64,000 bases of DNA, taken from contig NC_058368.1 in NCBI RefSeq assembly GCF_018350175.1, positions 235,726,001 to 235,790,000 on the forward strand. The letters are read 5' to 3'. The DNA is from Felis catus. Lineage: Eukaryota. The notes beneath the pieces are model-generated. The model did not search any database. It was not told the origin of the DNA and was given only the letters and a program-made list of their open reading frames with translations. Shown here piece after piece: positions 61,655-64,000 of this stretch (position 1 is its first letter; each line of letters opens with the position of its first letter). Both the position numbers and the translations under genes were made by a program.

Positions 61655-63261
61655 TAGGGTACATCATTCTTAGAAGTAGAGGCATGGAAAGAATCTTGTG
61701 TCAGGAAGAAGGTGATTTTTAGCCAACCCTGAATCTGGAGTAGGCAGCCATGCTTAGGAGTCCAGGAGACAAAGCCAAGGGGTAGTGGACACGTTGTGCA
61801 GAATATCGCTAAATGTGGGTAAAATGCACATCCACACAACACAACATGCTTTGTTGGCTTTGGTTTCTATGTACATTTTGTGGGAGAAGTAGAAACCTGC
61901 ATTTCCCTCCGGGCTAGCAACATGGGTCCAGGTGCTCCCCCATGGGGTCTGAGCCCCTTTCTGATGCCGTTTGGATCAAAAACCCTCTCTCATTCTGTTT
62001 TGTTAATGCCTCGAGACAGTGGTGCACATTTTTTACCTTTTGTGTTGTGGGCTGAAAAAGTCCAGCCACTGAGATGCGGTTGGAAGATGAAATTTCTCCC
62101 AACTGAAACCAGGTGCGTCTACACAATCTCAATGTTTCCTCAGAGACTAATGCTTACGTGCTCGCCAACAGCAGACAATAAACTTAGCCACAGGAGGCAC
62201 CAACATGAGACCTGCTCGTTAACAAACGAAGCCCCGCGTGCGCGATAGGCATGGTTTAATTGAAATAATCTGTGGTCAATGATTGCCTTTCCAAAATAAA
62301 TTAATAACCACCCTCACAAGGTTATACACTGCTCTCCAGCTCTGAACAATAGACGTAGGGCAATCGTACTCATTTGGGATGAACTAATCCTTTTCTGACA
62401 AGGAAGCTAAAAGAAATTATTTATAACAGATTTATAAGTCTCCGGGGGAACATACGGTATACTTCCAAATGTACTGAATCACATTTCTTCCAACCTACAA
62501 ACCACCCCACAGACAGCACAATATTCCAGCAAAACCCTTCCTCAAAGGGAGCTGGGGAGAAAGAGGCGACTTTTGGAAAGCTGTTGGTAACAATAAAGGT
62601 ACTGTAGCATAGACAGTATTGAGCCAGTGGAAAGATTGTCTGTTATTATTTCCCTGGAGGGACTTAATTTAACAGGGATAATTTGAAAAAGCTCTATCCA
62701 CAGGAGCTGTCTGTCTGACAATGGCCAATGTTACCTCTGAAAATCTATCATCATCCTCATACGATCAGCATAATCATGTTTTTAAAGGGGGTGGAAACCT
62801 GAGAATATCCAAACGAGAACAGTAAAAGTAATTGAAAGTTCAGAAAATAGCCCAAACGAACGAAGTCCGGCTGAATTAACTCAACATCAGTGAACACAGA
62901 TTGAGCAGAAAAGAGGAAATGAATGAAAGATTCTGATAAAGAAGAGGCAGTGGGTGATAAAAACTAGAAAAGATGTCAGAAACCACATTTGGGGCCCCTA
63001 CTGATGGGCCAATTAGAATCCCTGGGGTTAAGGCACAGAAATCTGTTGTTGTTGTTTTTTAATCTCCAAATGAGTTCATTGATGGCCAACAGGAAGGCCA
63101 GGGAAACTCCATGTTCTCCTGTTTCAGAGAGGTGAGGCGGCTGGAAGGAAAAACAAGACGATTCTGATTTCATGCTTAATTAGAAGTTAAGGGAATTCTA
63201 CTCTTAGATACTGTAAGCTCATTTCCAAACATCTCAACGGATTCTCTTCCTATCTTCTACA

Positions 63262-63340
63262 TGACGCGGACCAGGGCGCCATCTTGGGTATTTGGGGCGG
63301 GACACCAATCAGGAGCTGCATGATCCGTCCGGTCCTGGTC
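63262..63340 (-). promoter_or_regulatory. Promoter-like motif cluster (YY1, GC box, CCAAT)
   Basis: GCGCCATCTTG 63276-63286; GGGGCGGGAC 63294-63303; CCAATCA 63305-63311. Confidence 0.4.
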
Positions 63341-64000
63341 ACGAGAGGTTAGCCAGGCCCGATGTTTTATTGCAATCAGGAAGACTGTGTACTTTTATTT
63401 CCCTCCGGACTTGGATATGTGCTTTTATTGTTCTCTTTCGATACTTCTCAACTCGGCAAGAAGGGCCTCCCTTCTGTGAGACGGATTTAATTTGGCAAAA
63501 GCCTGCACTGTTTTCCTTATCAAAGGGAGCACTCGGGAAGCACCTACTTTCGCATAATGGAGTCCTTGGCACCAACCTGCACATGCAGTTGCCAGGAGGG
63601 TCTCGCTGTGTTTGTTGTACTTCATGGGACTCGTGCTGAATTTTGAAATTGCGTTCTGAATCGTTATACAGTCATCCTTCTTGTCTTAATGCCTATTGGT
63701 TTCAATTGCTAACGTTTTAAAGATGCTCCACGTTGGGCTTTGTGGGTTTGGAAGGTGGAAAGCCATGGGAAACACTTGGACGCCATCCCGTTCACTCAGT
63801 TGATAATAACTGGATAAGAAACATGCACAGATTACTCCGTACTCCCAGGGAAATAAGACAACGCAAAGGAAGCAGAAGAAATTGGCTCCATTTCACAAGA
63901 TGATGGTTCTATTAAAGAGAAACACGATTAGGTCCCCTTATTCATTAGCACATTTTTACCTCTGCACTGTTCTTGCCTTCTGGCCTCTATCACCATCAGT

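Noticed and set aside
1..64000. CRISPR array, prokaryotic operon or defence system, numt, or viral coding insert
   Set aside because: No regularly spaced repeat-spacer array, no gene-dense region, and no mitochondrial or viral protein similarity that I can recognise; all dispersed repeats are explained by SINE, LINE, LTR and DNA elements.

Overview
This is mammalian genomic DNA from a cat-family (felid/feliform) carnivore, judged by about 29 tRNA-derived CAN-SINEs of the SINEC_Fc type, feline/carnivore L1 3' ends and a carnivore-type Tigger. It is not prokaryotic: I see no CRISPR arrays or operons. I find no convincing protein-coding exon or RNA gene. The listed ORFs are either chance frames in GC-rich DNA or translations of SINE, L1 and L2 remnants. 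The window reads as intronic or intergenic DNA: two AT-rich nested L1 blocks (1-5.4 kb and 43-49.5 kb), GC/CpG-rich unique sequence carrying old LTR, MIR, L2 and DNA-transposon relics, and a repeat-poor right end (54.5-64 kb) with motif clusters. The most interesting signals are (1) patchy, strongly AT->GC-biased decay of old repeats, with an internal L1 control pair; (2) a ~315-bp L1 insertion with an apparent 15-nt 3' transduction and a fold-back hairpin at its 5' junction; (3) two sites where the target sequence is triplicated by repeat insertion; (4) a SINE-head/L1-tail chimera; (5) candidate CTCF, MEIS/PBX-HOX and YY1-Sp1-NFY sites. I found no evidence of a new gene system. Repeat family names come from recalled consensus sequences, not a database search, and the boundaries of old elements are approximate.
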